Assembly (NCBI GenBank): GCA_963717435.1
Contig: OY970332.1
Span: 96,001 to 160,000 of the forward strand
Source: an uncultured bacterium
GTDB lineage: Bacteria > Babelota > Babeliae > Babelales > Babelaceae
Direction: 5' to 3'
DNA: 64,000 nt
The notes beneath the pieces are model-generated. The model was given only the letters and a program-made list of their open reading frames with translations, ran no database searches and had not been told where the DNA came from. Position 1 is the stretch's first letter. Each line of letters begins with the position of its first letter. The position numbers and the translations under genes were made by a program. This document shows, piece by piece, positions 29,533 to 40,243 of this stretch.

Positions 29533-29979
29533 TTAATTCAAAAATGTCTTGCACTTGAACCAACCGCGGTCGCCATTGCCTTGATAAAATTGGTCACTGC
29601 AGACCGTTTTATTATCAATATTAATATCACCAAAAACGGGTCCTGCATTTTTTGTGGCCTCAATACTTTGCAGCAACATGGTTCGTAAGCTATTATCAAT
29701 TGTAGGAATTGAGTTTTTTATTTTGCCAAGCTCACTCTTTTTAAAATAAATAGTACTTTCAAGCACCTTTTTATTTTGATATTGTTTAAGCTCAACTAAA
29801 AATTTTTTAGTGATAAAAGCATAGCTGCAATCTAAATCCCGTTTATTTTCACAAGCAGTCCTGAAAGCATCAATAAGCTTGAGTGTGATAAAATTGCCGT
29901 CTTCGTTAACGTCCATAGAGTAAACGTAGCTGCTAATAAACAAATTACTTAAGAATAGTAATATAAAACTTTTTTTCAT
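29533..29979 (-). CDS. Secreted hypothetical protein
   Basis: MKKSFILLFL signal peptide + SMD. Confidence 0.7.
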   Translation of the reverse strand: MKKSFILLFLSNLFISSYVYSMDVNEDGNFITLKLIDAFRTACENKRDLDCSYAFITKKFLVELKQYQNKKVLESTIYFKKSELGKIKNSIPTIDNSLRTMLLQSIEATKNAGPVFGDINIDNKTVCSDQFYQGNGDRGWFKCKTFLN

Positions 29980-30006
29980 GTAGTTATCCAAGTTGGTAAT
30001 AGTAAA

Positions 30007-31014
30007 TTATCTTTCTGAGATCCAATCACCAATAATTTCAACAGCCTCTGGATCCTGAATTATATCCCTATGGTTTAAACATGGTAAAATTCTAATCGCA
30101 TCCCCGGCGTCTCTGATGACATCTGAATATTTGTCAGGGTTGCCAGCCTCATCTTCAGATCCGACTAATAATATAAACTTATTTTTTAACCCAGCAAAAT
30201 CTTTTTTTAAATCAAAAATTCTTGGCATTAAAGAGTGCATGAGCCTATAAGAATATGTTAGTGTTTCTTTTCCGGTCCAGGTCAATCCCGGCTTATTAAA
30301 ATCTAAAATCGGCAAAGAATTCAGACCCGTAATTCCAAAAAAGTTAAATATAACTAGCCCAATATTTCTTAACTTATGGAGATTTGCCCAACCACCTGCA
30401 TTATTATTTTTTAAAACAGCTGAATTTGGAATCGCAGGCGCAAGCAAAACATAACCCTTAATTACGTCATTGTATTTGCTGCCGGCAAATCTAATAGCAA
30501 GTCCGCCACCAAGTGAGTGCCCTCCCAAAAATATATTTTTATTATCTTTTTCAAATTTATTTATTAGATCAACAATATCATCTTCAATTTGGCCGATATA
30601 TTCGCAATCACCTCTGTGTCTGCCCGATAAGTAATGCCCGCGCAAGTTTGGTACATAGACTTTACAGATATCATTTCCACTTAAATGTCTTGCAAGATAA
30701 TTCAAATACTCACCATGTCCACTGGAGCCGTGCAGTAATATAAGTATTTTATTATTATTAAAACTATTTTTAGTATTATAAACGCGATAACTTAGCCAAT
30801 CGCCATCACGTGCTTGAAATCTTTGCAAATCCGGCAAACCAATTAAATCTGGGCTAAACTGCGCAAAAATATGTCTTTCGCGTTGCGATCTGTCAGTGCT
30901 GCCCGGGTTTAAAACTAATAAAAAAGCTGCAAATAAAATTAGAAAAATTAAAAATATAATACTTAAAAATATTTTTTTAAGATTAAAATTTAAAGAACCA
31001 AACTTTGTATCCAA
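30007..31014 (-). CDS. Membrane-anchored alpha/beta hydrolase
   Basis: LLHGS, NLRGH, GHSLGG, N-terminal TM. Confidence 0.88.
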   Translation of the reverse strand: MDTKFGSLNFNLKKIFLSIIFLIFLILFAAFLLVLNPGSTDRSQRERHIFAQFSPDLIGLPDLQRFQARDGDWLSYRVYNTKNSFNNNKILILLHGSSGHGEYLNYLARHLSGNDICKVYVPNLRGHYLSGRHRGDCEYIGQIEDDIVDLINKFEKDNKNIFLGGHSLGGGLAIRFAGSKYNDVIKGYVLLAPAIPNSAVLKNNNAGGWANLHKLRNIGLVIFNFFGITGLNSLPILDFNKPGLTWTGKETLTYSYRLMHSLMPRIFDLKKDFAGLKNKFILLVGSEDEAGNPDKYSDVIRDAGDAIRILPCLNHRDIIQDPEAVEIIGDWISER

Positions 31015-31243
31015 AGATCCTCCCTATTCATTTAATAAACAAATTCAGAAACTTGTATAAATATTTCGCCATCTCTCTAAATATATATATAAAAATGTTG
31101 TTTTGGAACGCTAAATGCCATAAACAGAACCTACTTTTAGAACAAGCTGACAATTTAGATGAATTTTATGATATAATATTTGAATCTATATTAAGAAGTT
31201 TTGATATTTATTTAAAAGCAATTAAATCGAGTATTTTATAACC

Positions 31244-31438
31244 ATGAAAAAAGTTTGGATCGAACCGGGTTGCATAACCTGCGGATCATGCCAATATTTG
31301 GCTCCAGAAGTATTTGAAGTTACAGACAGATCTCGCGTTAGGCCCTGTGCTGATCTTGCAAAAAACAAAGAACTTATAGAAAAAGCAGCGAAAGCCTGTC
31401 CAGTTCAAGTTATTAAATTTGAAGAAGATAATAAATAG
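31244..31438 (+). CDS. Small single-cluster ferredoxin
   Basis: CITCGSC..APEVF..CPVQVI. Confidence 0.9.
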   Translation: MKKVWIEPGCITCGSCQYLAPEVFEVTDRSRVRPCADLAKNKELIEKAAKACPVQVIKFEEDNK

Positions 31439-31549
31439 TCTAAAAACTTACAAAAAGCCCTTTTTTATACCATTTGTCATAGCAAAACCCTGATGTTATT
31501 ATATGAAATATAAGTTAAAAACAAAATAATACTCCTGGGATTTTAAAAT

Positions 31550-32563
31550 ATGGGCTTAAGAAATAAATCGATAGAACTGTTACTATCAAGCCTGTTTATA
31601 AGTGCAGGTTATAAAGCAAGTATAGGGGCCCAATATTATCTTGAATTTGGGAAAGACAGACAAGAGAGTATATCGATAAATCCAGAAGTAACCCTGTCAT
31701 ATAAGTCGCCTGATATATCTGAAATACAAGATTTACTTTTAACAACAGAAGATGACGTTGAATTCGAGGCCACTCTTTTTGACAGAGGGAGCGATACATT
31801 AATCGTTCTTGGTCAAGGATTTCCTGGGGGCAAAGAGAGCATGTATGGCTATAAGAAAAAATTCACAACCTATGACCTTATAGCATTTGATTATCGCTGG
31901 AACAATATAATATCTTACAGTGCAAATCCCAAAACACTAATACACCCAATTAACAGACTTGTTTTAGATTCGACTAAAGAAATAGAAGCTGTCTTAGAAT
32001 TTGCCCAAGATTCTGGGTACAAAAAAATTATAGCCTTGGGAAATTGCTACAGTAATTTCTTATTTGCGAGCTTGGCCAACAGATTCGACAAAATAATTTT
32101 AGATAGCTGCTGGCTCTCAGTTAACGCTTTTGCTGAAAGTATAATAGAGGATCCATTAATACCTATATGGCCGCAAGATGGTGGAACTCCTGAATGTCTA
32201 AAGAAAATTTTAAAAACTAGATTTGTAAAAACACCATTAATGTTTTTATTAAATTTTATTCTTCCCAAATTATCTATAGAAGATCATCTTAAGAAAATAG
32301 AAGCCACCCCCGTATTATTTATTTACGGACAAAAAGATCTAATGGTATCAAAAACGCATTTTGAAACTATATGGAACTCGACAAGCAGCCCGAACAAATT
32401 TGTGTTTGTTACACCCCATGAACATTCAAATAATACAGAAAACCCTTTAATTTATAGTTACGTATGTAGCAAATTTATAGAAAGCTTGGATACCCCAACT
32501 TTTATAAAAAATATTAAAGGGATTGCAAATGAACAAAAATCAGAGAAAAAATCAGAGATTTGA
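31550..32563 (+). CDS. Alpha/beta hydrolase with Cys at the nucleophile position
   Basis: AFDYR, LGNCYS, IILDS, GQKDLMV, HEHS. Confidence 0.75.
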   Translation: MGLRNKSIELLLSSLFISAGYKASIGAQYYLEFGKDRQESISINPEVTLSYKSPDISEIQDLLLTTEDDVEFEATLFDRGSDTLIVLGQGFPGGKESMYGYKKKFTTYDLIAFDYRWNNIISYSANPKTLIHPINRLVLDSTKEIEAVLEFAQDSGYKKIIALGNCYSNFLFASLANRFDKIILDSCWLSVNAFAESIIEDPLIPIWPQDGGTPECLKKILKTRFVKTPLMFLLNFILPKLSIEDHLKKIEATPVLFIYGQKDLMVSKTHFETIWNSTSSPNKFVFVTPHEHSNNTENPLIYSYVCSKFIESLDTPTFIKNIKGIANEQKSEKKSEI

Positions 32564-34097
32564 AGAGTTATATAAAGAGATATCTAAAGACGGCAAGATA
32601 ATTTATTCAGGAACATTGCTTGAAAGAGCAGCAAAAAACTGGCCACACAATATAGCTATAATCTGTGCCGATCAAAAAATAACCTACCAAGAACTTTATA
32701 ATAGAGCAGCAAATTTATCTTTAGAACTAAAACAACTGGGTCTGCAAAAACAAGACAGAGTAATTTTGTTTTATGAAAATTCTATAGAGTTTTATGTTGC
32801 TTATTATGGCATATGGCAAGCAGGTGGCGTTGTTGCGGCGCTTAATATTTTTTTAGGGCAAAAAGAACTTGAGCATATCATAAAAGACTGCTCACCTAAA
32901 ATTATTATTACATCAAGCACTTTAGTAGAAAAAGTTAATCTTGCATTTGAAGCTTTAAAAAGTGCAGGATTCTCCGGCGAACTTCCAAAAATAATTACAG
33001 ATCTGTCTGGTAATGCAAACAAAAACTTGCCTGAAAATTTTATTATAGAACAACTTGAACCCGAAAGCATGGCGGCTTTATTATATACATCCGGCACAAC
33101 AGGCATGCCAAAAGGCGTCATGCTAAGTTCAAAAAATATTATGACAAACTTAGTTCAGGGCGCATCACTATTAAATGTCACACCAAAAGATAGCGTCTAC
33201 GGTGCGTTGCCATTATTTCACGCGCTTATGCAAAATGCATGCTTATGGGGAGCTGTTTATGTCGGCGGAACAACGATACTTGTTCCAAAAATAGACAGAA
33301 AAAACTTAATTGACGGCTTAAAACAAAAACCTACTATAATTATAGCTGTTCCTGCTCTATTTGGGCTATTCTGCATGATGAAAAATTTAGATTTTTCACG
33401 CGTAAAATACTTCTTCTGCGGAGGTGACGCACTGCCTGATAAAATTCGTATGTATTTTTCGCTGATATATGGCAGGAAAATATGTAACGGTTATGGTCTC
33501 ACAGAAACGTCGCCACTAATTGCAGTAGACACTGACGACTACGTACAACCCACTGACACTGTTGGTTATCCTGCGCATGGAATAGAGTGCCAAATTAGGG
33601 ACGACCAAAACAATGTATTAGATAGCAATAACACTAATAATATTGGAGTTTTGTGGGTAAAAGGGGATAATATCATGCTCGGGTATTATAACGCCAAAGA
33701 AGCAACAGAAAAAGTTTTAAATAATAACTGGCTAAATACTGGCGATCTTGCAAAATTTGATAGCTCAGGAAAAATAGTTTTGGCTGGACGCGAAAAAGAT
33801 TTGATAGTAAATAAGGGCCTGAAAATTTATCCTCAAGAAGTTGAAAACGTTTTGATGTCCCATCCTGCAGTTTTTAAAGTTGGCGTTGTTGGCCAAAAAG
33901 TTGATGACACAGAGATCCCGGTTGCATTTATTGCAACCAAAGAGAAAGACACTGAGAAATTAAAACTAGAACTTCAAGATTTATGTTCAAGAAATCTGGC
34001 GCATTATAAGCATCCAAGAAACTATTTCTTTAAAGACGACCTGATATCTACAGCAACCGGAAAAGTTGACAAAAAAGCACTGCGCCAAGAATTATAA
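32529..34097 (+). CDS. Long-chain fatty acid--CoA ligase (AMP-binding)
   Basis: LYTSGTTGMPKG, LPLFH, GYGLTETSP, TGDL, GREKD, TGKVDK. Confidence 0.92.
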   Translation: MNKNQRKNQRFEELYKEISKDGKIIYSGTLLERAAKNWPHNIAIICADQKITYQELYNRAANLSLELKQLGLQKQDRVILFYENSIEFYVAYYGIWQAGGVVAALNIFLGQKELEHIIKDCSPKIIITSSTLVEKVNLAFEALKSAGFSGELPKIITDLSGNANKNLPENFIIEQLEPESMAALLYTSGTTGMPKGVMLSSKNIMTNLVQGASLLNVTPKDSVYGALPLFHALMQNACLWGAVYVGGTTILVPKIDRKNLIDGLKQKPTIIIAVPALFGLFCMMKNLDFSRVKYFFCGGDALPDKIRMYFSLIYGRKICNGYGLTETSPLIAVDTDDYVQPTDTVGYPAHGIECQIRDDQNNVLDSNNTNNIGVLWVKGDNIMLGYYNAKEATEKVLNNNWLNTGDLAKFDSSGKIVLAGREKDLIVNKGLKIYPQEVENVLMSHPAVFKVGVVGQKVDDTEIPVAFIATKEKDTEKLKLELQDLCSRNLAHYKHPRNYFFKDDLISTATGKVDKKALRQEL

Positions 34098-34207
34098 AGT
34101 CTTTTTTTAATTTTTTATTTTTTTACTATTTTTTTGTGCTATGTAAACTTTGAATGTTGTATTAGCACAACTTACAGATTCGAAAAATTTATACGGGCAC
34201 CTAACCT

Positions 34208-35323
34208 ATGCACAAAACAAAAATATTACATGTTATTTCTAGTTTGAAACTTGGGGGTGCGGAGCAGGTTTTATATAGTATTTTGGATAGTCACAAAGAC
34301 AATGTTGAGCATGAAGTTGTTTATTTTCACGATGGGCCGATCAGAGAAAAAATAGAAAATTTGGGGATTAAAACTACTAAGATTACAGGGTTAATAGTTA
34401 ATTATGACCCTGTTTTTTTGTATAGATTTTTTAAAAAAATAGTTAACTTTAAGCCAGACTTAATAAGTTCAAGTTTGTGGGCGGCCAATTTACTTTCAAG
34501 AATTTCAGCTAAAATTTTAAATATCCCAGTTATAAACGCAATTCATGCGTTGCCAATATTTGAAGGCAAATTTAGAAACAAACTAGATAATATAAGCTTA
34601 AATCTGGCAACAAAAATTATTAGCGTAAGCAATAATATATCTCAAGAACTGTTAGCAGCAAAAAAAATTGCTCCCGAAAAGCTTGAAACAATACAAAATG
34701 GTATTAATATTTTGGATCTTCAAGAAAAATTTACAAATTCTAACATAACCAAAAATAGTTTGGGGCTTACAGAAAAAAATATAGTTATTGGCACAGTTGG
34801 CAGGTTTATCGGGGAAAAAAATCAAGATAAATTAATCAAAGCTTTCAGTATTGTTCACAAAAAAAACCCAGATTCTAGATTATTATTAGTTGGCGTGGGG
34901 CCATTAGAACAAAATTTAAGAGAACTGACAAAAGAGCTAAATCTTGAAAAATCTGTGATATTTATTGTTGGACAACCAGCATATAAATATTTACCTATTA
35001 TGGACATTTTTGCATTACCATCAAGATTTGAGGGGTTACCCATCGCCCTTCTTGAGGCGATGACGTGTAAACTGTCGGTTATTGTCACGGGTAAAAACAA
35101 AAATCACGAAGTTGTTCAAGATTTACAAACAGGACTTATAATCGAAGCTGATAATATCGAGCAACTATCAGATTCGATTATAGAACTAATCTTAACTCCG
35201 GAGCTTAAAAATAAACTCGCAAAAAAGGGGCAAGACTTAGTTAAAGAAAAATATAATATCAGCTTAATGTCCAAAAAGTATCAGGATTTATTTAATAAAC
35301 TAGCTGAGCAAAAAAATCTTTGA
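34208..35323 (+). CDS. GT4 glycosyltransferase
   Basis: GGAE, IQNGI, VGRF..EK, PSRFEGLPIALLEAM. Confidence 0.92.
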   Translation: MHKTKILHVISSLKLGGAEQVLYSILDSHKDNVEHEVVYFHDGPIREKIENLGIKTTKITGLIVNYDPVFLYRFFKKIVNFKPDLISSSLWAANLLSRISAKILNIPVINAIHALPIFEGKFRNKLDNISLNLATKIISVSNNISQELLAAKKIAPEKLETIQNGINILDLQEKFTNSNITKNSLGLTEKNIVIGTVGRFIGEKNQDKLIKAFSIVHKKNPDSRLLLVGVGPLEQNLRELTKELNLEKSVIFIVGQPAYKYLPIMDIFALPSRFEGLPIALLEAMTCKLSVIVTGKNKNHEVVQDLQTGLIIEADNIEQLSDSIIELILTPELKNKLAKKGQDLVKEKYNISLMSKKYQDLFNKLAEQKNL

Positions 35324-35398
35324 TTATTCCGTCGACTATTATAAATATTTTGTGCCAAAATATTTAAGGGACAAAATTTTATAAAAAAGGGGCGGATC

Positions 35399-36169
35399 GT
35401 GAAAAAAAGTTTATTTTTATTTCTGTTTTTTATTTCGGCTTATTCTAATGTTATTTGTCGGGAACGACGGCATCATAACCGGAATCATAATTGGCCTAGT
35501 TATTATACGCCACAAAATACAGTTTTTGCGTTCGATTTACATGACGTGCTAGTAAAAACCAACTATTGGGAAGCTGTTAAAGTCAGCTTTAAAGAGTTAT
35601 CTATATCTGACATGATATTTATAATCACTCACAAAGAAGTAAGAAGAAGCTTTAAAGCAGCATTTAATAATCAAATTACTGTAGAAAAAATGCTTGATAA
35701 TTTGAGCCGAAAAGAAGAACGGGTCAAAAAACTAAAAGAGCCGATTATAAAAATTATTAACTGCCAAGATATAAACCAGGACGTCTTGGACCTGGCACAC
35801 GAGATTAAAACTCTGGGGTTCAGATTATACCTGCTTTCAAATATAGGCATCCAGGCCCTAAACAACTTATACACAAAACACCCTAATCTAAATAAACTTT
35901 TTGATGGATTTTATGTACCTAGACCTGAGAATTTTTACATGCGAAAGCCGTCTTTATATTTCTTTTCAGAGTTTAAAAGATACTTAAGAGAGATAGGGGA
36001 TAAGCAGAAAAATATTATATTTATCGATGATCTTAAAGAAAACGTCGAAAATGCCCGAAAATTGGGCTTTAAAGCTATACATTTCACATCTAAAAAACAG
36101 CTTGAATATGACCTTAAAAAAATGGGCTTTAACCTGCAAACCCTACCTGTTGCCAAAAAACAGCAATAA
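35399..36169 (+). CDS. Secreted HAD-family phosphatase
   Basis: Signal peptide; FDLHDV, LLSN, RKP, FIDD. Confidence 0.82.
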   Translation: MKKSLFLFLFFISAYSNVICRERRHHNRNHNWPSYYTPQNTVFAFDLHDVLVKTNYWEAVKVSFKELSISDMIFIITHKEVRRSFKAAFNNQITVEKMLDNLSRKEERVKKLKEPIIKIINCQDINQDVLDLAHEIKTLGFRLYLLSNIGIQALNNLYTKHPNLNKLFDGFYVPRPENFYMRKPSLYFFSEFKRYLREIGDKQKNIIFIDDLKENVENARKLGFKAIHFTSKKQLEYDLKKMGFNLQTLPVAKKQQ

Positions 36170-36228
36170 TTTACACTTAGTAATATATCACTAAAGTGAT
36201 TACTAAGAAGAATTAATGGAGGAGTATC

Positions 36229-36615
36229 ATGTTAAAACACCTAAAATCAGGTTTATTAAAGTTATTATGTCTTTCTATGCCTTTTGGCATAAATTCGACA
36301 GCAGAGTCCATCTCTGTTCAAAAAACTGAGATTAAAGCCGAAAACAAAAAAGAAACTACAAGTAAATATGCTCAAATAAAAAAGTGGGCAAAAGATAACA
36401 AAAATCTGCTACTTGCTGCGGGCGGGACGGTAATTTGCATATGCGCCTATTACTTTTTTTCAACAAAAACAGGCAACAATAATTTATTACCTTCTGGTGG
36501 GGAACTTTTTGAGAGCAAAAAAAGTGTCTCAAGTAATTCTGAAACATTAGTGCCTCTTGAAAATGCTGACCTATACACCGGTTTTTTAGAACAGCTGAAT
36601 AATGACGAAAATTAA
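36229..36615 (+). CDS. Small secreted/TM protein (WxKxN-TM family)
   Basis: Signal peptide; WAKDNKN followed by a TM segment. Confidence 0.7.
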   Translation: MLKHLKSGLLKLLCLSMPFGINSTAESISVQKTEIKAENKKETTSKYAQIKKWAKDNKNLLLAAGGTVICICAYYFFSTKTGNNNLLPSGGELFESKKSVSSNSETLVPLENADLYTGFLEQLNNDEN

Positions 36616-36652
36616 ATTTTAAAATATAAAATAACTCTTAAATGGAGAAGTT

Positions 36653-37378
36653 ATGAAATCTGTTATACAAAAAATTAATTTTAATATTTTATTATTACTG
36701 GCAGTTTTTAGTGCCCAGTTTAATATAGCCTGCGCAAGGCAGTTTACGCCTGAAAATACGGTATTTGCGTTTGATTTACATGACGTTGTCTTAAAAACTG
36801 ATTATACAAGGGCAATAAAAACTGGTGTCAACGAGCTGCCTAAGTTGCCAGCTTTAAAACTCTTGGCCAACCCTTGGGCAATATCAAAAATGGTAGAGAC
36901 CAAGAAAAGATATGGGGTCAACGAAAAATTCTTTGAAGAAATGGCAGGCGAATACCCAGAAATAGCCGATTGCAAAGAAACGATATTAAAACTTGCAAAC
37001 TATCAAAATATAAACGCCCCTATGCTTAAAACTATAAAAGAGCTAAAACAACTTGGGTATAAAGTTTATATTTTTTCTAATATTTCGACAGAATCTTTAA
37101 ATTACTTAAAAACTAATCAGCCCGAACTTATGTCGCTATTTGACGGAGTTCAAAATCCAAATCAAGAAAATAATTTCACAAGAAAGCCAAAATCTCAAGC
37201 TTATTTATTATTCAAAGAACAGCTAGAGAAAAATGGGGATCAAAATAAAACTGTGATATTTTTGGACGACAATAAAAATAATATAAAAACAGCTAACAAC
37301 ATGGGCTTTATTGGAATAAGATATAAATCACCCGAAAAATTTAAATCCAGACTGTGCCGACTGGGAATTAAGTTCTAA
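36653..37378 (+). CDS. Secreted HAD-family phosphatase, paralog of 35399
   Basis: TPENTVFAFDLHDV, FSN, RKP, FLDD. Confidence 0.82.
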   Translation: MKSVIQKINFNILLLLAVFSAQFNIACARQFTPENTVFAFDLHDVVLKTDYTRAIKTGVNELPKLPALKLLANPWAISKMVETKKRYGVNEKFFEEMAGEYPEIADCKETILKLANYQNINAPMLKTIKELKQLGYKVYIFSNISTESLNYLKTNQPELMSLFDGVQNPNQENNFTRKPKSQAYLLFKEQLEKNGDQNKTVIFLDDNKNNIKTANNMGFIGIRYKSPEKFKSRLCRLGIKF

Positions 37379-37381
37379 AAT

Positions 37382-38323
37382 TTAGCTATTGCCTCCCCAG
37401 CTAAATGGTACCAAACTTGCAAATAAACTCTGCTGTTTTTTTACGGGCAAGATATTAAGCTTTACTAGCTCGCCTCTCAAATTGGAACATTTTTTGTCGA
37501 CCAATATCCCTTGCATGCCACACAACTTTGCGGCTTCAATATTTTCAGGCTGATCGTCAATCATTAAGCATTCTTTAGGCGAGATTTTATAGTTAGTTAG
37601 GTGTTCTAAAATAATTTTATAAGCCAAACTTGATGGCTTCATAATTTTCGTAATACTCGAGATAAAAATATTTTCTCTCTCAAAATAACCAAAAATTTCT
37701 TGCATGTTTTCAGAATTATAAATCTCATTAAAAGAATTCTGTTCCCAATTGGAAAGCATTAACAGTTTATAATCTTCATGCTTAAGAGATTTTAACTCAG
37801 CCAAAATAGAAACAGACCCTTTTATGGGCAGCGTAAATTCGGCAAGTTTTTTTGAATCAAACATAATTCTTACAATTTCGCTAAGAACCCGTCTTTCTGC
37901 TTCACTTTTAATCTTGTCATGCCCTATTTGAGATAAATTATTCAAATAATCTTGCACTTTTGCATTTGCATCTTCACCAGAAATATGCCCTCTTAACCAC
38001 TGGCACATGACTTCCGGAAGATCTGTGTTGCCATGTTTTGCAACTAGACCGTTGTCGCATTTCTCTTGATGGCCAAGCTCACCCATTATTTCCAAAACTT
38101 TTTCTTTAAGTCCCAAGTTAGAAAAATCCAGAGAAAAAAGATCAGTAATACCAAGTGCTGCAAGATTGGCTAGCCCTATTTCCCAGGCAAATTTACTTTC
38201 ACTTGTTTTTGCCAAAACTCCACCAAAATCGAATATAATCGCTTTTATTTCACAGCGTAAGTGAGAAAAAGATAGTAAGACAAAAAACAAAAAGAATTTT
38301 ACTGATCCAAAAATTCTGTTCAT
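37382..38323 (-). CDS. Secreted HAD-family phosphatase
   Basis: IIFDFGGV, LSNW, MKP, MIDDQPENIEAA. Confidence 0.82.
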   Translation of the reverse strand: MNRIFGSVKFFLFFVLLSFSHLRCEIKAIIFDFGGVLAKTSESKFAWEIGLANLAALGITDLFSLDFSNLGLKEKVLEIMGELGHQEKCDNGLVAKHGNTDLPEVMCQWLRGHISGEDANAKVQDYLNNLSQIGHDKIKSEAERRVLSEIVRIMFDSKKLAEFTLPIKGSVSILAELKSLKHEDYKLLMLSNWEQNSFNEIYNSENMQEIFGYFERENIFISSITKIMKPSSLAYKIILEHLTNYKISPKECLMIDDQPENIEAAKLCGMQGILVDKKCSNLRGELVKLNILPVKKQQSLFASLVPFSWGGNS

Positions 38324-38433
38324 ATCACCCCAAAATCAACAAGTATAAAAACCCACATAACTCGAGTATAATAGCACTTATTCTTTGGAGATTACAAGAA
38401 ATAGTATAATTATTTTTAGATCAAAATTTAAAA

Positions 38434-39114
38434 CTATTTCTTTAATAAATTCTGCTGAGCAAGATATTCAAGTAATATATTTAAAGCTTCGTCCACATCA
38501 TCAGTAAATTTCACAAAATCAAAATGCTCCGGCAATATTAACCCATTTTTTAATCCTGACTCTTTGGACCATTTTTCAATATCTGCCCAATACTGTTTTC
38601 CTATAATAATAACGGGCGCATATTTTAAATTATTTGTCTGCATCAGCGTCAAAACTTCGGCAAGCTCATCAAGTGTCCCAAATCCACCAGGAAAAAAAAC
38701 ATATCCGTTAGAATAGTTAATCAAGAGCCATTTTCTTGCCCAAAAATAGTCAGTTGTTATAATCGCATCCATACATGGATTTGCTTCCTCAAGCTTATCC
38801 AACCCCTTGACAGTGATCCCTATAGTTTTTGCTGTTTTTCCACCATGGGCCGCACCACAACTTGCCGACTCCATAATGCCAGGTCCTCCACCGGTCAGAA
38901 CAGAAATATTGTGTTCTATTAAATTACGACCCAAATTATGGGCCATTGTTGCATATGGGTTGTCCTGTTTTAATCTCGAACCACCAAAAATAGTTATAAC
39001 TGGGTGACGCAGTTCTGAAACGGTCCAAATGAACCTAACCTGTTGGAAAGAAATTTTAATAAACTGGGCCAAAAGCTTTATATATTTTATAACTTTTCTA
39101 ATTCTGAACATCAC
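38434..39114 (-). CDS. LOG family nucleotide monophosphate nucleosidase
   Basis: TIFGGSR, TGGGPGIME, PGGFGTLDE. Confidence 0.9.
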   Translation of the reverse strand: MMFRIRKVIKYIKLLAQFIKISFQQVRFIWTVSELRHPVITIFGGSRLKQDNPYATMAHNLGRNLIEHNISVLTGGGPGIMESASCGAAHGGKTAKTIGITVKGLDKLEEANPCMDAIITTDYFWARKWLLINYSNGYVFFPGGFGTLDELAEVLTLMQTNNLKYAPVIIIGKQYWADIEKWSKESGLKNGLILPEHFDFVKFTDDVDEALNILLEYLAQQNLLKK

Positions 39115-39375
39115 AACTTCCCGCTTTTTTATAGTTTTTAAAAACTTATCAGTAGCAGTTTTAAAGTATCATAAACTCTCATGTATAAACAACACAATAA
39201 AGCAATAAAAATTATTTATATGCAAAAAAGTTATTTATATTATTTTATAAAATTTTAGTTGTAATTTTATTTTTTTTGGACCAAAATACTAATATCTGAG
39301 AGTAGATACCTTAAACCTATATTCAATTCTGGTTTAATAATTTATAATTTCGATTTAAATTTAATTTGGTAGCCC

Positions 39376-40029
39376 ATGAAAAAAATCAATTTTATTTTAG
39401 TCTCTTTAATTTTTAATATACTTATTGGCCAAAAAAACCCCCAAAATACGCTTTATTTAAAAAACAAAACGGTTGAAAATATCAAACTACATGGCTCTGC
39501 CAATCTAAATAAAGTCTTGGTAGAAGATGAGACCGATATTACCGGGGATCTTGAAGCAGATAATAGCCAATTTGCCTACGCACCAAACAAAGACTTCAGC
39601 TGGGCTTTAAACCTCAAAGGCGGGGCTAAATTAAAAAATAGCAAAATTCATGGCAATGCCAACATTAATGGCAATATTTCTAGCATAAACTCGAGCTTTT
39701 TTAAAGCCCTCTTGGTCCACGGAAAATCTGACCTAATCAAGACTCTAATTAAACAAAATTCGAAATTTTATGGGAACACAAAAATCTCGGATTCACAATT
39801 TCACGAAGATATCTATATTGCCGATACTGATCAAATTACCGCTATTAATTCAGTATTTGAAAGAGGTTTAACTTTAGACAGCGATTCAAGACAACCGGTA
39901 ATAAACCTTGTAAATTCGAGAGTACAAGGCGAAATAGTTTTCAAGGGCAGAGCTGGTGTTGTTGTTTTAGCCCAAAAAAGCAAAATCAGCGGCGTCACCA
40001 ACGGAAAAATTGTTAAAGTTAAAAAATAA
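39376..40029 (+). CDS. Secreted beta-helix / bactofilin-like protein
   Basis: Repeating pattern like IHGNANINGNI; signal peptide. Confidence 0.6.
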   Translation: MKKINFILVSLIFNILIGQKNPQNTLYLKNKTVENIKLHGSANLNKVLVEDETDITGDLEADNSQFAYAPNKDFSWALNLKGGAKLKNSKIHGNANINGNISSINSSFFKALLVHGKSDLIKTLIKQNSKFYGNTKISDSQFHEDIYIADTDQITAINSVFERGLTLDSDSRQPVINLVNSRVQGEIVFKGRAGVVVLAQKSKISGVTNGKIVKVKK

Positions 40030-40243
40030 CCCCAAACCTGCCAGATTCAGCAAATAACCCCCCCCACCATCCCAACCTATAATCCTGCCTGAAATTTAAG
40101 CCCCCTTAGGGCTTTTGCTGCTTTATTTAACCCGTGCTATAATTATAATACAGGCTGAAATTGGCCCCAATCTGGGCCCGGAAAGCCATACCTGTCTTAC
40201 AGGTTAGAAAAAAGCAATAAATTATAAACAATGGGGCGTTAAC

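Noticed and set aside
31005-31241. 78-aa ORF upstream of the ferredoxin
   Set aside because: AT-rich divergent promoter region, non-ATG start, no recognisable features
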